This document shows, piece by piece, positions 8,420-18,752 of a stretch of 64,000 nucleotides of DNA (position 1 is its first letter; every line of letters begins with the position of its first letter). The DNA is from a bacterium (GTDB taxonomy: Bacteria > Fidelibacterota > Marinisomatia > Marinisomatales > JAHJCW01): NCBI GenBank assembly GCA_028282845.1, contig JANQGY010000005.1:193010-257009 (forward strand). Reading direction: 5' to 3'. Under the pieces are notes generated by a model. It was not told the DNA's origin. It saw nothing but the letters and a program-made list of their open reading frames with translations, and did no database searches. The position numbers and the translations under genes are program-made.

Positions 8420-8796
8420 TCCAACATATTTGAATCAAATGCCAATGGCAGTAATTCTTTACTGGTAGTATTTTTTATTTTACCACTATTATCTACAATG
8501 TAAATTGGTATGTCGCCGCATAAGTCCCAAATTACCTGTCGGCAGGCACCGCAGGGCGATGCTCCATTAGCGGTTACGACAGCAAGTTCTTTAAATTTAT
8601 TGTGTCCTTGAGCAATGGCACTGTAAAGGGCAGTACGCTCGGCACAACAAGTAAGACCATAGCTGCTTGACTCAACATTGCAACCGGTAATTATGGTATT
8701 TTCTTTAGTGAGAACGGCTGCACCGACTTTATAATTAGAATGTGGCGCGTGAGCATTTTTTTGAGCCTGTTGAGCTGCTTCGATTAATTTTTTCAT
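8416..8796 (-). CDS. cdd: cytidine deaminase
   Basis: 126 aa. Zinc motifs CAERTALYSA and PCGACRQ. Confidence 0.9.
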   Translation of the reverse strand: MKKLIEAAQQAQKNAHAPHSNYKVGAAVLTKENTIITGCNVESSSYGLTCCAERTALYSAIAQGHNKFKELAVVTANGASPCGACRQVIWDLCGDIPIYIVDNSGKIKNTTSKELLPLAFDSNMLE

Positions 8797-8802
8797 TTGA
8801 TT

Positions 8803-9546
8803 CTAATACCTCTCAATTCGAACAAAACGGAAGATTCTTTCCAATAACACACCGGTTAAGAATCCTCCGATGTGCGCAAACCAGGCAACACCGCCACCGG
8901 TATTTACGGCCAAAGTACCGATGCCCGACAAGACCTGAGTAGCAAACCAAATTCCGATCACGATAAAAGCCGGGATCTGAATCGTAGTAATCACGAAAAA
9001 TAAAAATACAAACGTATGAACACGGGCGTGTGGATAACGAAACATGTAGGCTGCCAAAACCCCGGAGATTGCCCCGCTGGCACCGATCATCGGGACCATT
9101 GAGTTTACATCCACGATTATCTGGCTTGCCGCTGCTCCAATTCCACACAGAATATAGAATATCGCAAAGCGAACATGCCCGAAAGTGCCTTCGACATTAT
9201 CACCAAATATCCAAAGAAATAACATATTTCCAAGCAAGTGTGCAAAGCCGCCGTGCATGAACATTGAGCTGAAAATGGTTAAAAAGGGGCTATTGGGCAT
9301 GGCATCCAAATTTATTCTTGTATTTGATATTTCAGACAAATATTGGGCATAAGTCGCAGTTATTTCGGCGCGCGGAATATTAGTAAATGTTGCGGGAATC
9401 AGTCCGAATGAAAGTGTGAATTCCTGACTGGCAATGAAGTCAAGTCCGATTTGATACAAGAATACAATAATATTAAAAGCGATGATCACATACGATACGT
9501 ATGGGATTACTATCCGGGGGTTGTCATCTTTATATGGGAAGAACAT
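8803..9546 (-). CDS. rhomboid family intramembrane serine protease
   Basis: 247-aa polytopic protein. Motifs FMHGGFAHLLGNMLFLWIFG, GASGAISGVLAAY and HIGGF. Confidence 0.85.
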   Translation of the reverse strand: MFFPYKDDNPRIVIPYVSYVIIAFNIIVFLYQIGLDFIASQEFTLSFGLIPATFTNIPRAEITATYAQYLSEISNTRINLDAMPNSPFLTIFSSMFMHGGFAHLLGNMLFLWIFGDNVEGTFGHVRFAIFYILCGIGAAASQIIVDVNSMVPMIGASGAISGVLAAYMFRYPHARVHTFVFLFFVITTIQIPAFIVIGIWFATQVLSGIGTLAVNTGGGVAWFAHIGGFLTGVLLERIFRFVRIERY

Positions 9547-11549
9547 TATTCAACAAAAAATTTAAATGATTTAGCTATTGAATTGCCAGAACGATCCTGA
9601 AAATTTATATCAAGTTTATGTTCGCCAAGCGCTAATGGTTTTTTAAGTTCATAAGAAATTTCTTGTTCAAATGGTTGATAGGCAACCCACAGCCTATCAC
9701 CGTTAAGATATACTTGTAGGTTATTTTCGGAATAATCAATACCGGATAAATTATCATCAACACGGATTTTTATTTCATTAAATAAAGCTTGGGCATGAAC
9801 CTGATTAGCCTCGGGGAAAGAGTTTTCTATCCAAGGCAATTGGCTATCTTCAAATACCGCGATTATTTGCGGTGATGAAAGCTTTGCCTTCACAGTTATC
9901 GTATCAATTTCACTTTTTACATATTTCCATTTACGCTTTTCCTCATCAAAACGATATACTGCAAATCTATCGGTGTTAAGATTATTGTCAAAATTAAAAG
10001 TAACCTGTAAACTTTCATTTGCCGGAATTCCTTTTGGGAAAATATCATATACGCGCGACACTCTATTTTGCCGTGTTGAGTAAAACCTACTGGAAACATC
10101 GGTAATCCATGTTAATGTTGTGTCAAAAAATGAATTGAATAGAGATACAGTAACTAAACTATCATTCGAAGAAATAGTTTGAGCGGAGTCCGGCAGGATA
10201 AGCTGCGGTTGGAAGGTATAATAATATTTTGAAATTGAATCTGAAGCAAACAACAAACCAATATGATTATGATTACCAAATTTATCGAAACCAATCAAAT
10301 CACTGACGTAATGATTTTGGTCATTATCTAAACGCAAAATATGCAAGGAATCGGATTTTTCTATAAAAACATAAATATTACTATACTGATTACTATCAAC
10401 TTCAACTTTAAATATTGCGCCTTTTTCAAGTACTAAAAATTCGGACACAAAATTATCCTTATTTAATGGAATAGAAGTTAAATCGTGTAAAGTGTCCGGG
10501 TGTACTCCGGTGAATTGGATCGTATCTTTAATAGCATCAACAGTAAATGATAACACAGATTCATTTTGCGCAGCATCAATGGTTTTGATCCTAATGTTGT
10601 GGAAGCCCGGGCTGAGATTCAATATCCCCGATTGATTTCCTTTGTGAACTAATAGTTTCGGATAGTTCTTCAATAGATATAATTTCTGAAAATCAGCGCT
10701 ATTTTTTTGGGCAGGCGGCTGTCCTAAAACTGTTCGTACGTAATTGTCTTCACGGAAATCAAGCGAATCGTAATTAATTGAAAATATCGGGAGAGAATCA
10801 ACGCATAATTCTATGCAATGTGGTTGGTAGGAATAGGGAACATAGGGGATATTATCAGCAATTTTCACCGCCAAGCCGATCTCGCCCTGGACGGAAATGG
10901 TGTCACTAATAAAGAATCTGTTATTTGACATTTTTTTTGGTTGAAAGGTTTTAAACAAAGCGGTATTTCCGATTCTAGCGCCGGTGTTCATTGGAATGAT
11001 CGCCAAATCCAAAAATAAGGGCGGAGCTGAATCGGCGACGGGAAAACCATAAACAAGGGGATTTAGCGGTTGGTCGAACGCATTTCTAAATTCAAAGTGT
11101 AGATGTGGGCCTGTGGAACCGCCGGAATTACCGGAATAGCCGATGATGTCTCCCCGTTTCACCGGATATTCATCTTTGGTGAAATACTGATTTACAAAAT
11201 AAGATTGATTCTTATTCTGTAACTCAAATAGCTTGTTTTCCAGATCGGCGGAATATTTAGTGAGATGTCCGTAAAGAGCAATTTTATTGTCAGTGGTCTT
11301 TAGATATAATGCCTTGCCATAACCCGCGAAATTAGTCGCAATGCGAAAGATATAACCATCGCTTACAGCGTATAAGGGATGTCCCGTACTTTGTTTTGTT
11401 CTAATATCAATGCCCATGTGAAAATGATCGCCACGAAATTCTCCGAAATTAGACGTTAATTGTTTGCCCGTACTGGTCGGCCAAGCATATTTCTGCCCGG
11501 AAGTGAAACTGTAAAAGAGAATTAATATATAGAGAGTTTTATGTTTCAT
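9546..11549 (-). CDS. M23 family metallopeptidase with a long C-terminal extension
   Basis: Signal peptide. M23 motifs HMGIDI and GNSGGSTGPHLHFEF lie in the first ~170 aa. About 500 aa of uncharacterised beta-rich sequence follows. Confidence 0.8.
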   Translation of the reverse strand: MKHKTLYILILFYSFTSGQKYAWPTSTGKQLTSNFGEFRGDHFHMGIDIRTKQSTGHPLYAVSDGYIFRIATNFAGYGKALYLKTTDNKIALYGHLTKYSADLENKLFELQNKNQSYFVNQYFTKDEYPVKRGDIIGYSGNSGGSTGPHLHFEFRNAFDQPLNPLVYGFPVADSAPPLFLDLAIIPMNTGARIGNTALFKTFQPKKMSNNRFFISDTISVQGEIGLAVKIADNIPYVPYSYQPHCIELCVDSLPIFSINYDSLDFREDNYVRTVLGQPPAQKNSADFQKLYLLKNYPKLLVHKGNQSGILNLSPGFHNIRIKTIDAAQNESVLSFTVDAIKDTIQFTGVHPDTLHDLTSIPLNKDNFVSEFLVLEKGAIFKVEVDSNQYSNIYVFIEKSDSLHILRLDNDQNHYVSDLIGFDKFGNHNHIGLLFASDSISKYYYTFQPQLILPDSAQTISSNDSLVTVSLFNSFFDTTLTWITDVSSRFYSTRQNRVSRVYDIFPKGIPANESLQVTFNFDNNLNTDRFAVYRFDEEKRKWKYVKSEIDTITVKAKLSSPQIIAVFEDSQLPWIENSFPEANQVHAQALFNEIKIRVDDNLSGIDYSENNLQVYLNGDRLWVAYQPFEQEISYELKKPLALGEHKLDINFQDRSGNSIAKSFKFFVE

Positions 11550-11626
11550 AAAAGGACGAATAATTTAGCATTGATTACAATTTTATAACGAATAAAAAGA
11601 ACCTCCAAACAAGTTTTTACAAATAA

Positions 11627-11654
11627 AAAACCCCCGCAAGGCAGGGGTCTTTTA
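11627..11654 (-). terminator. rho-independent terminator after the PDZ-protein gene
   Basis: The minus strand reads GACCCCTGCCTTGCGGGGGTTTTTT: a GC stem followed by a T6 run, 20 nt past the stop. Confidence 0.65.
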
Positions 11655-11673
11655 TTCTTATGGATTTTATGGA

Positions 11674-12534
11674 TTAATTTTCTTTTTTCAATTCTTCCAG
11701 TTCACGCTTTAGTTTTTCTAATTCAGCTTTCATATTTTCCATTTCGGCTTTGAGTTCTTGTTCATCAAAATTAAATGCATGAACGTCAAAATCTTTTCTA
11801 GTTGGATGAGGTAACTCTTTTAATAATTTGCGATGTTCTCCCATTTTATCCCAATCACCAAATTTATAGGCAAAGGAGTTTTCTGTTTCACCGAGCGTGG
11901 CATTGAGTTTTTTGGTTTTACCGGCACGAACAACAGTAACTGTTACTTTGGTCTCCGGTTCATATCTACGAACAGTCTCAGTAAGTTCAGAGGTTGACTC
12001 AACTTTCTGATCATCAACTTTTGTAATAACATCACCGGCTTTCAACCCGGCTTTGTCAGCGGGGCTATCTTCGACAACTTCCGAAACAAGTACGCCCTTG
12101 CCATCTTTCAGCTTAAAATGGTTGCCGAGCTGTTCGGTTAAATTTTGGATATGCACACCAAGATAACCGGCTTTTTCATCAAGTAGCATTGGTTTGTGCA
12201 TCTTAAAATGCTTAACGTCTTTGTCTCCATTGTCATACCAGACAAAGCCTTGTTCGCAGTCCTCTTGCTTAATTCTTTTTTGGATTTTGACCTTGCCTTC
12301 TAAATCGTATTCAGCAAGTTTCTCCTCTATTGCGGCTACGCCTTCTTCATCGTCGAGATCGGCGGTAAATTCCTCGGTTTTACCATCTTTGGTAATTGAA
12401 ACGGTCAGCTTATCGTCTTCAATTTCCTTTCTGACTTTGATCTTTGTCTCGTCACCTTCAGTTTCGGTCATGGTGACAATCTTTTGTCCGAAAGTGATAC
12501 CAAAGAGCAATAAAAATGATAACAAATAACGCAT
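11674..12534 (-). CDS. secreted PDZ domain protein with a C-terminal coiled coil
   Basis: Signal peptide. PDZ core GVLVSEVVEDSPADKAGLKAGDVITKVDDQKV. Charged helical tail ELKAEMENMKAELEKLKRELEELKKEN. Confidence 0.6.
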   Translation of the reverse strand: MRYLLSFLLLFGITFGQKIVTMTETEGDETKIKVRKEIEDDKLTVSITKDGKTEEFTADLDDEEGVAAIEEKLAEYDLEGKVKIQKRIKQEDCEQGFVWYDNGDKDVKHFKMHKPMLLDEKAGYLGVHIQNLTEQLGNHFKLKDGKGVLVSEVVEDSPADKAGLKAGDVITKVDDQKVESTSELTETVRRYEPETKVTVTVVRAGKTKKLNATLGETENSFAYKFGDWDKMGEHRKLLKELPHPTRKDFDVHAFNFDEQELKAEMENMKAELEKLKRELEELKKEN

Positions 12535-12653
12535 ATTGGGGTCTCCTGAATTATAGTTATTTCTTGTTACGATTTGAGATGATCAATTGTTCCTGATTTC
12601 AATTAAGTGACAATAAATTTTCCCTGCTGATTAGTTTGATATATGGTAATTTT

Positions 12654-12672
12654 GTAAACGGAAACTGTTTAC
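12654..12672. promoter_or_regulatory. palindrome GTAAAC-N7-GTTTAC in a divergent intergenic region
   Basis: Perfect 6-bp arms, about 90 nt upstream of the 12761 start and about 120 nt upstream of the 12534 start. Function unknown. Confidence 0.25.
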
Positions 12673-12760
12673 TACGTTAACATATTTTGTTAGCATAATA
12701 ATATTTGTTCTCGGCATAATTTTTGGTATAGTTATTGTACAAATATTACCGACCACACCA

Positions 12761-13927
12761 ATGAAATATCTGTTATCTATAATAATTATTGTAGGTAGTC
12801 TCCTTTTTTCGCAGGATGAATTACAAGCATATATATTTGGCAACATCATAGATGCTGAAACATTAGAGCCGTTAGAGAATGCCAATATTTTCATCGCAAA
12901 TTCAAGTATCGGAACAGCCTCAGATAGGAATGGATATTTTGAATTACGTGATTTACCGAACGGACGGTTTGAAATAATTGCTTCACGGATCGGTTACGAA
13001 ATTTTAAAAATAGATATTCACAATTTTAATGATCAAAACAGAAACATGCGCTTTGAACTGCACAAAAAACCAATACAATTAATGGAGATAATAGTTTCTG
13101 CGAAAGCATCTCAAAAGAGGAAGAAACAATTAAAGCAATTTAGAAAGAATTTTATTGGCGCAAGTCAAAATGCGAAAGAAACATATATAAGGAACGAAGA
13201 AGTCTTAAGGTTTGAAGAGGATAATGACGGAATACTTTTTGCTCATGCAGTTAGTCCACTAGAAATAGTTAATAATTCACTTGGGTATAATATTAAATAT
13301 GTTCTTGATGAATTTGAATTAACAAGAGAACATGTAAAATATGTGGGATATCCATACTTTGAAGAGAAGATAATAAAAAGCCATTACGATTCACTTGAAT
13401 GGCAAAAAAACAGAGAACTAACCTACCTTGGATCGTTAAGACATTTTCTAACTACAATCTGTGTTAACTTTGATGAGACCGCAGGTGATACCGCCGACAA
13501 AGTAACCACGCTTCACATAGATGATATAACAGCCCAAGGTATAAAAGTATCTTATGGGGATATAACCTATGTTGATGAAGAAGGGTTTGACGTATTAAGT
13601 TTATATTATCCGTTGGGTGAACAGAAAGCCGGAGTTAGAGATTTATTAAACGCTAACAAAGTGTTATCCATCGCTGAAAATGATAATGAACTTTTGATGC
13701 ATTTTGATAATTATTTAGAAATTAAATATGAGCAAGAGTATTTCCCATTTGAGGATCACTATTTGAAAAACAAGAAAACCTCTTGGATCACTATGACCTC
13801 CGATACAACAATATTGGATAGACAGGGCAGATATTTTGATAAATATGCTATCAAAACAAAAGGTGTTTGGTCTTTGGAGCGCATAGCAGACATGCTGCCT
13901 TTTGATTATAAAATAGACAAGGAATAA
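12761..13927 (+). CDS. CarboxypepD_reg-like domain protein, function unknown
   Basis: Signal peptide, then GNIIDAETLEPLENANIFI...TASDRNGYFELRDLPNGRFEIIASRIGYE, the usual carboxypeptidase-regulatory-like fold. The remainder is unassigned. Confidence 0.5.
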   Translation: MKYLLSIIIIVGSLLFSQDELQAYIFGNIIDAETLEPLENANIFIANSSIGTASDRNGYFELRDLPNGRFEIIASRIGYEILKIDIHNFNDQNRNMRFELHKKPIQLMEIIVSAKASQKRKKQLKQFRKNFIGASQNAKETYIRNEEVLRFEEDNDGILFAHAVSPLEIVNNSLGYNIKYVLDEFELTREHVKYVGYPYFEEKIIKSHYDSLEWQKNRELTYLGSLRHFLTTICVNFDETAGDTADKVTTLHIDDITAQGIKVSYGDITYVDEEGFDVLSLYYPLGEQKAGVRDLLNANKVLSIAENDNELLMHFDNYLEIKYEQEYFPFEDHYLKNKKTSWITMTSDTTILDRQGRYFDKYAIKTKGVWSLERIADMLPFDYKIDKE

Positions 13928-13929
13928 TA

Positions 13930-14460
13930 ATGAGAACAATAATAATTGTATTAATCTTAGTCTTAATAAGTTGCTCAACACCCTATCAGCCTAAAGGGGT
14001 CTTGGGTGGTTATAGCTCAGAAAAAATTGGTAAAAATGTTTACCGCGTGGAATTTATAGGGAATCAACATACAGAAACCGGAACAATCTTTGATTATTTA
14101 GAACGACGCTGCGCTGAGATAGCAATTGAAAACGGATATGATTTTTTTATTATCTATGAGGACAGTTCCTATGTCAATGAGACTATTATTAAGGATGAAC
14201 CGGGGATTGATGAATTACTTGAAGCACAGCGCAGTGATAAGTATTTATTGACTGAAGAGCAAACAATAGATGAAAATCCAACTCAAACATTGCGTGATGA
14301 AAAAACCAAAATTGCCAGAACCTATCGGAGCAGTGTTGGTGAAAACAGAGCAACGGATGTAATTGGTGTATATAAAATAATGTTAGTAAATGATATAATT
14401 GAGAATTACAAAGAATTCTATCATCCTGCGAAAGAAATTATAGAGAAATATAATAAATAA
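13930..14460 (+). CDS. putative lipoprotein
   Basis: Lipobox LVLISC at the N-terminus. Lies 2 nt after the preceding gene. No recognised catalytic motif. Confidence 0.4.
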   Translation: MRTIIIVLILVLISCSTPYQPKGVLGGYSSEKIGKNVYRVEFIGNQHTETGTIFDYLERRCAEIAIENGYDFFIIYEDSSYVNETIIKDEPGIDELLEAQRSDKYLLTEEQTIDENPTQTLRDEKTKIARTYRSSVGENRATDVIGVYKIMLVNDIIENYKEFYHPAKEIIEKYNK

Positions 14461-14463
14461 AGA

Positions 14464-14485
14464 AACCGCCCCAAATGGGGCGGTT
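14464..14485. terminator. bidirectional hairpin terminator between convergent genes
   Basis: AACCGCCCC-AAAT-GGGGCGGTT is a perfect 9-bp stem with A/T runs on both sides. Confidence 0.7.
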
Positions 14486-14508
14486 CTACATTTTTAATTG
14501 TATCAATA

Positions 14509-14712
14509 CTATTTTTTCTTAAATATCCGGAACAGCATTACAAATAGCAGGACGAACCAAACAACATACCAAAAATTGATGTTGTTCAATACGCTAGTTG
14601 CGTAATGTGCTCCGAATATTAAACCGGTTACAAACAGTAAAAGTTTAAGCACGCCAATATCAAAAACAGTTGTGGCTTTAACTTTGTTCTGAATGTAATT
14701 CCATAGACCCAT
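14509..14712 (-). CDS. small two-helix membrane protein, unknown function
   Basis: 67 aa with two hydrophobic segments. Lies immediately downstream of the giant LTD protein gene. Confidence 0.35.
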   Translation of the reverse strand: MGLWNYIQNKVKATTVFDIGVLKLLLFVTGLIFGAHYATSVLNNINFWYVVWFVLLFVMLFRIFKKK

Positions 14713-14744
14713 GTTTTACCTCCTTCAATAATATAATAAACTAA

Positions 14745-17700
14745 TTACAACTGTTGCGCCAAAACAACAGTTTTTACTTTTTCCCAAGTTCTGTTGCTAT
14801 TAGCATCTTTTACAGAAAGTTTAACGATGTATATTCCAATCCGCGCCGGATCTCCATTATCGCGTGTGCCGTCCCACCGTAAAATACCTTCCTGGGGAAA
14901 ATACACATTCCAATATGGTGTGGCGATTTCTCTTCCGGTCATGTCAAAAATCTGTAACTTGATGATACCCTGCTCATAGGGCATTCTATATTTAATTAAT
15001 AGCTCATCATCAATCCCATCATTATTGGGAGAGAAGGGATTAGCCTCAAATTCGATCGTGCCCTTATCGGGTAATTCATCAAAGTACAAACTGTTCTTGT
15101 ATCCGGGCGTCATGCCATCGGTGTTCACTGCAATACCCCACCGATTCAGATCATCGGATTCAAAGTCGGGACGGTATTTTTCGGTTGAGCGGGCTTCTAG
15201 TATTGGCCAATCAGAATCATAAATTAATGAATCAACCACCGCTCCGGTTGGATCATATAAAAAGATTCCATCGGATTCATTGTTCAATGTTGGCCAACCG
15301 TTTAAAGTATATGTCGTGCTCGCACCACAATCTAATCTTCCGACAAATGATGTATCGGTAGTAATTACAATTGGTGCATTTGCAAAAGCATAATAATCAT
15401 CAAAAAAGTGCTGTTTATAAGTGTTGTCACTGATTGACCAACCAATCAAGTCAATATCGCTCAAAGCGACGATCTCCACAAACTCAGCCTGTGTAGAATC
15501 GGGCTTGGCGAGGAATTCATTCAGTACAGCAACACCGAAAGGATAGGATACGAATATTTCATAAGTCATTTGATTGTCGCCGGTTTGCATATCGCCCGCG
15601 ATTTCAAGCACTATTTCTAATTCGTTATTGCCGGAGTTTAGCGGTTCAATATTAAACGAAATGTAGGTGGTGTCAGCGGGCATTAAATCAATAAAGGTGT
15701 CCGAGCCAAGTTCAGCACCGTTGTAATAGATGTAAATCTCACCGTCAATAATCTCAATACCGGTATTCTGGACGCCAATCTCAAAGGCAATACTTTCTCT
15801 CGGATGAGGATGCTCAGGATAATGCGTTACAAGTTCAATAATAATTTTTCCATCAATATTGTTGAGCAAGACCGAGTTTTGACTTCCCATCGTTGAACCG
15901 CTCGGAGCGGTACTTGGACGCCAATTGGAGGCATCGTTGGAATTATAAGCAGGGAATACTTTTTCAGCCGAGCTGCCACTTTCGATTGGCCAATCGGCAT
16001 TGTTATAAACCAATGAATCAATGATTTTACCGGTGTAATCGTACAGATAGACTGCATCACCGGAATTATTTAGCGAAGGGAAATTAGGTATTTCAAAATA
16101 CAATGTATTTTCGGGTAAGGTAACACTCAGCGGTTCTTCAGAGACTATAATATAATTATTTTTGGCAACCGGTTCATTGCCAAAATATGCACGTTCGCCG
16201 CGATTGTCGGCGATACTCCACTTATTTAGATCAATATCCTGTAAAGTAAATAGCTCAACAAATTCATACTGAGGCGCTTCCGGATCGGCTAAAAATTCAT
16301 TGATCTTGACGGTGCCAAACTCATAACTAATCTTCAAACTGTGGACAGCCAAATTGTTATTGATATTTTCATCGTTGTCAATATTAAATAGAATATCAAT
16401 GTTATGAATACCGGACGGCATTGGAGGAATGGTTAAACTATAATAACTTGTATCGCCAACTGCTAATGAATTAACCGGAGTGCTGGCTATAATTGCATTT
16501 TTATATTCAATCAATATTTCACCGGACATGCTTTGCAATCCAGGATTGGCAACCGGAACATTTAATTGGCAGGATTGGTGCGGTTCGGGATACTGCGGAT
16601 TATTATAGATCAAATCACCCAAGACTGCACCATCTACATTTTTGACAATAACTGAATTAGCTTTGCCGGGTGTCATTCCGGTGGAATCCATTGAAATTTT
16701 CCAAGCCGTTGAATCATTTGAAATAAGATCAGGATATATTTTTTCAGTGGATTTCCCCGTTTCAAGTTCCCACCAAGTGGTGTATATCAACGAGTCAATC
16801 ACTGTTCCGGTAAAATCCCGCAGATAGATTGCATCACCGTAATTATTTAATGAAGGAAAATCTTCAACTTCAACAAAGTGCGCATCAGCTGGAATAATTG
16901 CGTTGAAAGATAAATCTTCACTTAATACAATGTATGTATCGGAATTGATTTCATCGCCGTTAAAATATTTACGATTATTGGTGGCATCTTCGATACTCCA
17001 ATTGATCAGATCAATGTTTTCGAAGCTAATCAATTCAACAAATTCTGCCTGTGTTGAGTTAGGTCCGGCAAGGAATTCATTGATCAAAACAGTGCCGAAG
17101 TCATAACTGACAAAAATACTGTCAAGAACAATGTTGTTATCCAAGTTGCCATCGTCCACAACTTCTAAACTGAATTGAAGCGGATGAATGCCGGAAGACA
17201 TAGCAGGCAAATCAAAGGTCAGCGTAGTGGTGTCGCGCCGGGCGATGTTTACAAAGTCAGTCGTACTAATGATTGAATTATTGTCATTATAGATATTCAG
17301 CGATCCGGAAATTGGTTCGGCACCATGATTCGTGATTGGGACACTTAATTGCACCGGTTCATTATTTTTCGGATATTGCGGAATACTTGCAATACTGCCG
17401 GCAATGATTTCGCCATCATAGTCAATTAGATAATGTGAATTTATGTAACCGGGTGTTATTCCGATCGGGTCAACCGATGTTTTCCAATTGAGCGGATCGT
17501 TGCTGATAATGAAGGGGTGTAATTTCTCGGTCGAAGAAGCGGTCGCCATCGGCCATCCCGAACCGTAAACTAATGAATCAATAATGGTATGGTTCATATC
17601 TTTTAGATAAAGATTGTCGCCGCTATTATTAAGGGTTGGCAAACCGCCATACGGAATTAAATATTTTGCATCGGGATTAGTTTGCGGCTTCAGTGATGTA

Positions 17701-18731
17701 TCGCTTGCCAAAACTACATATTTGCCGTCTTCAAGATATGTGATTGGCAACTGACGACTGGTAGATTTATCAGAGATTGTCCACCCATCAATTACGACCG
17801 AACGCGAGACAACCAATTCAATAAATTCAATTTGATTGTCGCCGGGCTCAGCCAAGAATTCATTTATTTGGATGGTCCCCGGTTTGTATGAAATACCAAG
17901 TTTTTTAGTAGCAGTATTGTTAGTCAGATCACCATCGGCTGCAACCTCAAATTCAAAAGTAACATTATGCCGACCGGAAGGTAATGACGCAAGCGATAAA
18001 TAATAATCCTTGCTTTCATTGGCTGTTAATGTGGCAACAGATTTGGTTCCGATGTTACTACCATTCACGGTGGCTGTTAGGGTGCCGGAAATATCATTCA
18101 ATCCGGCATTTAGGAGGGGTACAATTGCGACCACATTATCATCTCTATCAGGATAAGCTGGTGTATATGTAATTTCACCATCAATTGCACCATCAATTTG
18201 TTTTGGGGTTACACTGTTTGCTGAGCCAGGTGTTCCAAGTGAATCTTTGCTTGCACTCCAATTATCAGTTGTATTAGGTAAATCCAAACGGATTTTTTCT
18301 ATCGAATGATTGTCAGGAGCTATATCAGTCCATTTTACTAAATCTATGATAACGGTTGGATCTTTGAGCTTTATTGAATCAATTGCTGAAAGACCATTAC
18401 CGATACTCTTGTCATCAACCTCAATGACAATAGCAGTAGAAGGAATTATACTGTCATAAATTCCCGAGTAATCACTTTCAACAATTACAGCATAACTGTT
18501 AGGTGCCAAAATTAACCCGTCTCCCCTATCAACAAGATCATCAGTGCTATTGTTGTCGGTAATTTCCCATCCTGTCAAGTCAACGGCGGTTGTAGAGGAA
18601 TTATACAATTCTATGAATTCAGCATTCGAATTTGTAGGGCTATACATCACCTCTGAAATAATAACTTGCGAAAATATGTGTGAAATGAAGAATATCAGGG
18701 CGAGACTTAATTTTATTCGGTACTTCATCAC
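14745..18731 (-). CDS. giant secreted protein: 5 lamin-tail-domain (LTD) modules alternating with Ig/CARDB-like modules, plus a C-terminal FlgD-Ig/T9SS-type sorting domain
   Basis: The LTD signature recurs about every 260 aa: ISEVMY..AEFIELYN..DLTGWEI, INEFLAEP..IEFIEL, INEFLAGP..AEFVEL, INEFLADP..YEFVEL, LNEFLAKP..AEFVEI. The C-terminus is NPFSPNNDGIDDELLIKY...IFDMTGREI...WDGTRDNG. Confidence 0.75.
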   Translation of the reverse strand: MMKYRIKLSLALIFFISHIFSQVIISEVMYSPTNSNAEFIELYNSSTTAVDLTGWEITDNNSTDDLVDRGDGLILAPNSYAVIVESDYSGIYDSIIPSTAIVIEVDDKSIGNGLSAIDSIKLKDPTVIIDLVKWTDIAPDNHSIEKIRLDLPNTTDNWSASKDSLGTPGSANSVTPKQIDGAIDGEITYTPAYPDRDDNVVAIVPLLNAGLNDISGTLTATVNGSNIGTKSVATLTANESKDYYLSLASLPSGRHNVTFEFEVAADGDLTNNTATKKLGISYKPGTIQINEFLAEPGDNQIEFIELVVSRSVVIDGWTISDKSTSRQLPITYLEDGKYVVLASDTSLKPQTNPDAKYLIPYGGLPTLNNSGDNLYLKDMNHTIIDSLVYGSGWPMATASSTEKLHPFIISNDPLNWKTSVDPIGITPGYINSHYLIDYDGEIIAGSIASIPQYPKNNEPVQLSVPITNHGAEPISGSLNIYNDNNSIISTTDFVNIARRDTTTLTFDLPAMSSGIHPLQFSLEVVDDGNLDNNIVLDSIFVSYDFGTVLINEFLAGPNSTQAEFVELISFENIDLINWSIEDATNNRKYFNGDEINSDTYIVLSEDLSFNAIIPADAHFVEVEDFPSLNNYGDAIYLRDFTGTVIDSLIYTTWWELETGKSTEKIYPDLISNDSTAWKISMDSTGMTPGKANSVIVKNVDGAVLGDLIYNNPQYPEPHQSCQLNVPVANPGLQSMSGEILIEYKNAIIASTPVNSLAVGDTSYYSLTIPPMPSGIHNIDILFNIDNDENINNNLAVHSLKISYEFGTVKINEFLADPEAPQYEFVELFTLQDIDLNKWSIADNRGERAYFGNEPVAKNNYIIVSEEPLSVTLPENTLYFEIPNFPSLNNSGDAVYLYDYTGKIIDSLVYNNADWPIESGSSAEKVFPAYNSNDASNWRPSTAPSGSTMGSQNSVLLNNIDGKIIIELVTHYPEHPHPRESIAFEIGVQNTGIEIIDGEIYIYYNGAELGSDTFIDLMPADTTYISFNIEPLNSGNNELEIVLEIAGDMQTGDNQMTYEIFVSYPFGVAVLNEFLAKPDSTQAEFVEIVALSDIDLIGWSISDNTYKQHFFDDYYAFANAPIVITTDTSFVGRLDCGASTTYTLNGWPTLNNESDGIFLYDPTGAVVDSLIYDSDWPILEARSTEKYRPDFESDDLNRWGIAVNTDGMTPGYKNSLYFDELPDKGTIEFEANPFSPNNDGIDDELLIKYRMPYEQGIIKLQIFDMTGREIATPYWNVYFPQEGILRWDGTRDNGDPARIGIYIVKLSVKDANSNRTWEKVKTVVLAQQL

Positions 18732-18752
18732 GAAATAAAATTAAGCCTGCTG

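Noticed and set aside
12631-12894. 87-aa minus-strand ORF spanning the divergent promoter region and the start of the 12761 gene
   Set aside because: It overlaps a better-supported signal-peptide-bearing gene in antisense and covers the intergenic spacer. No motifs.
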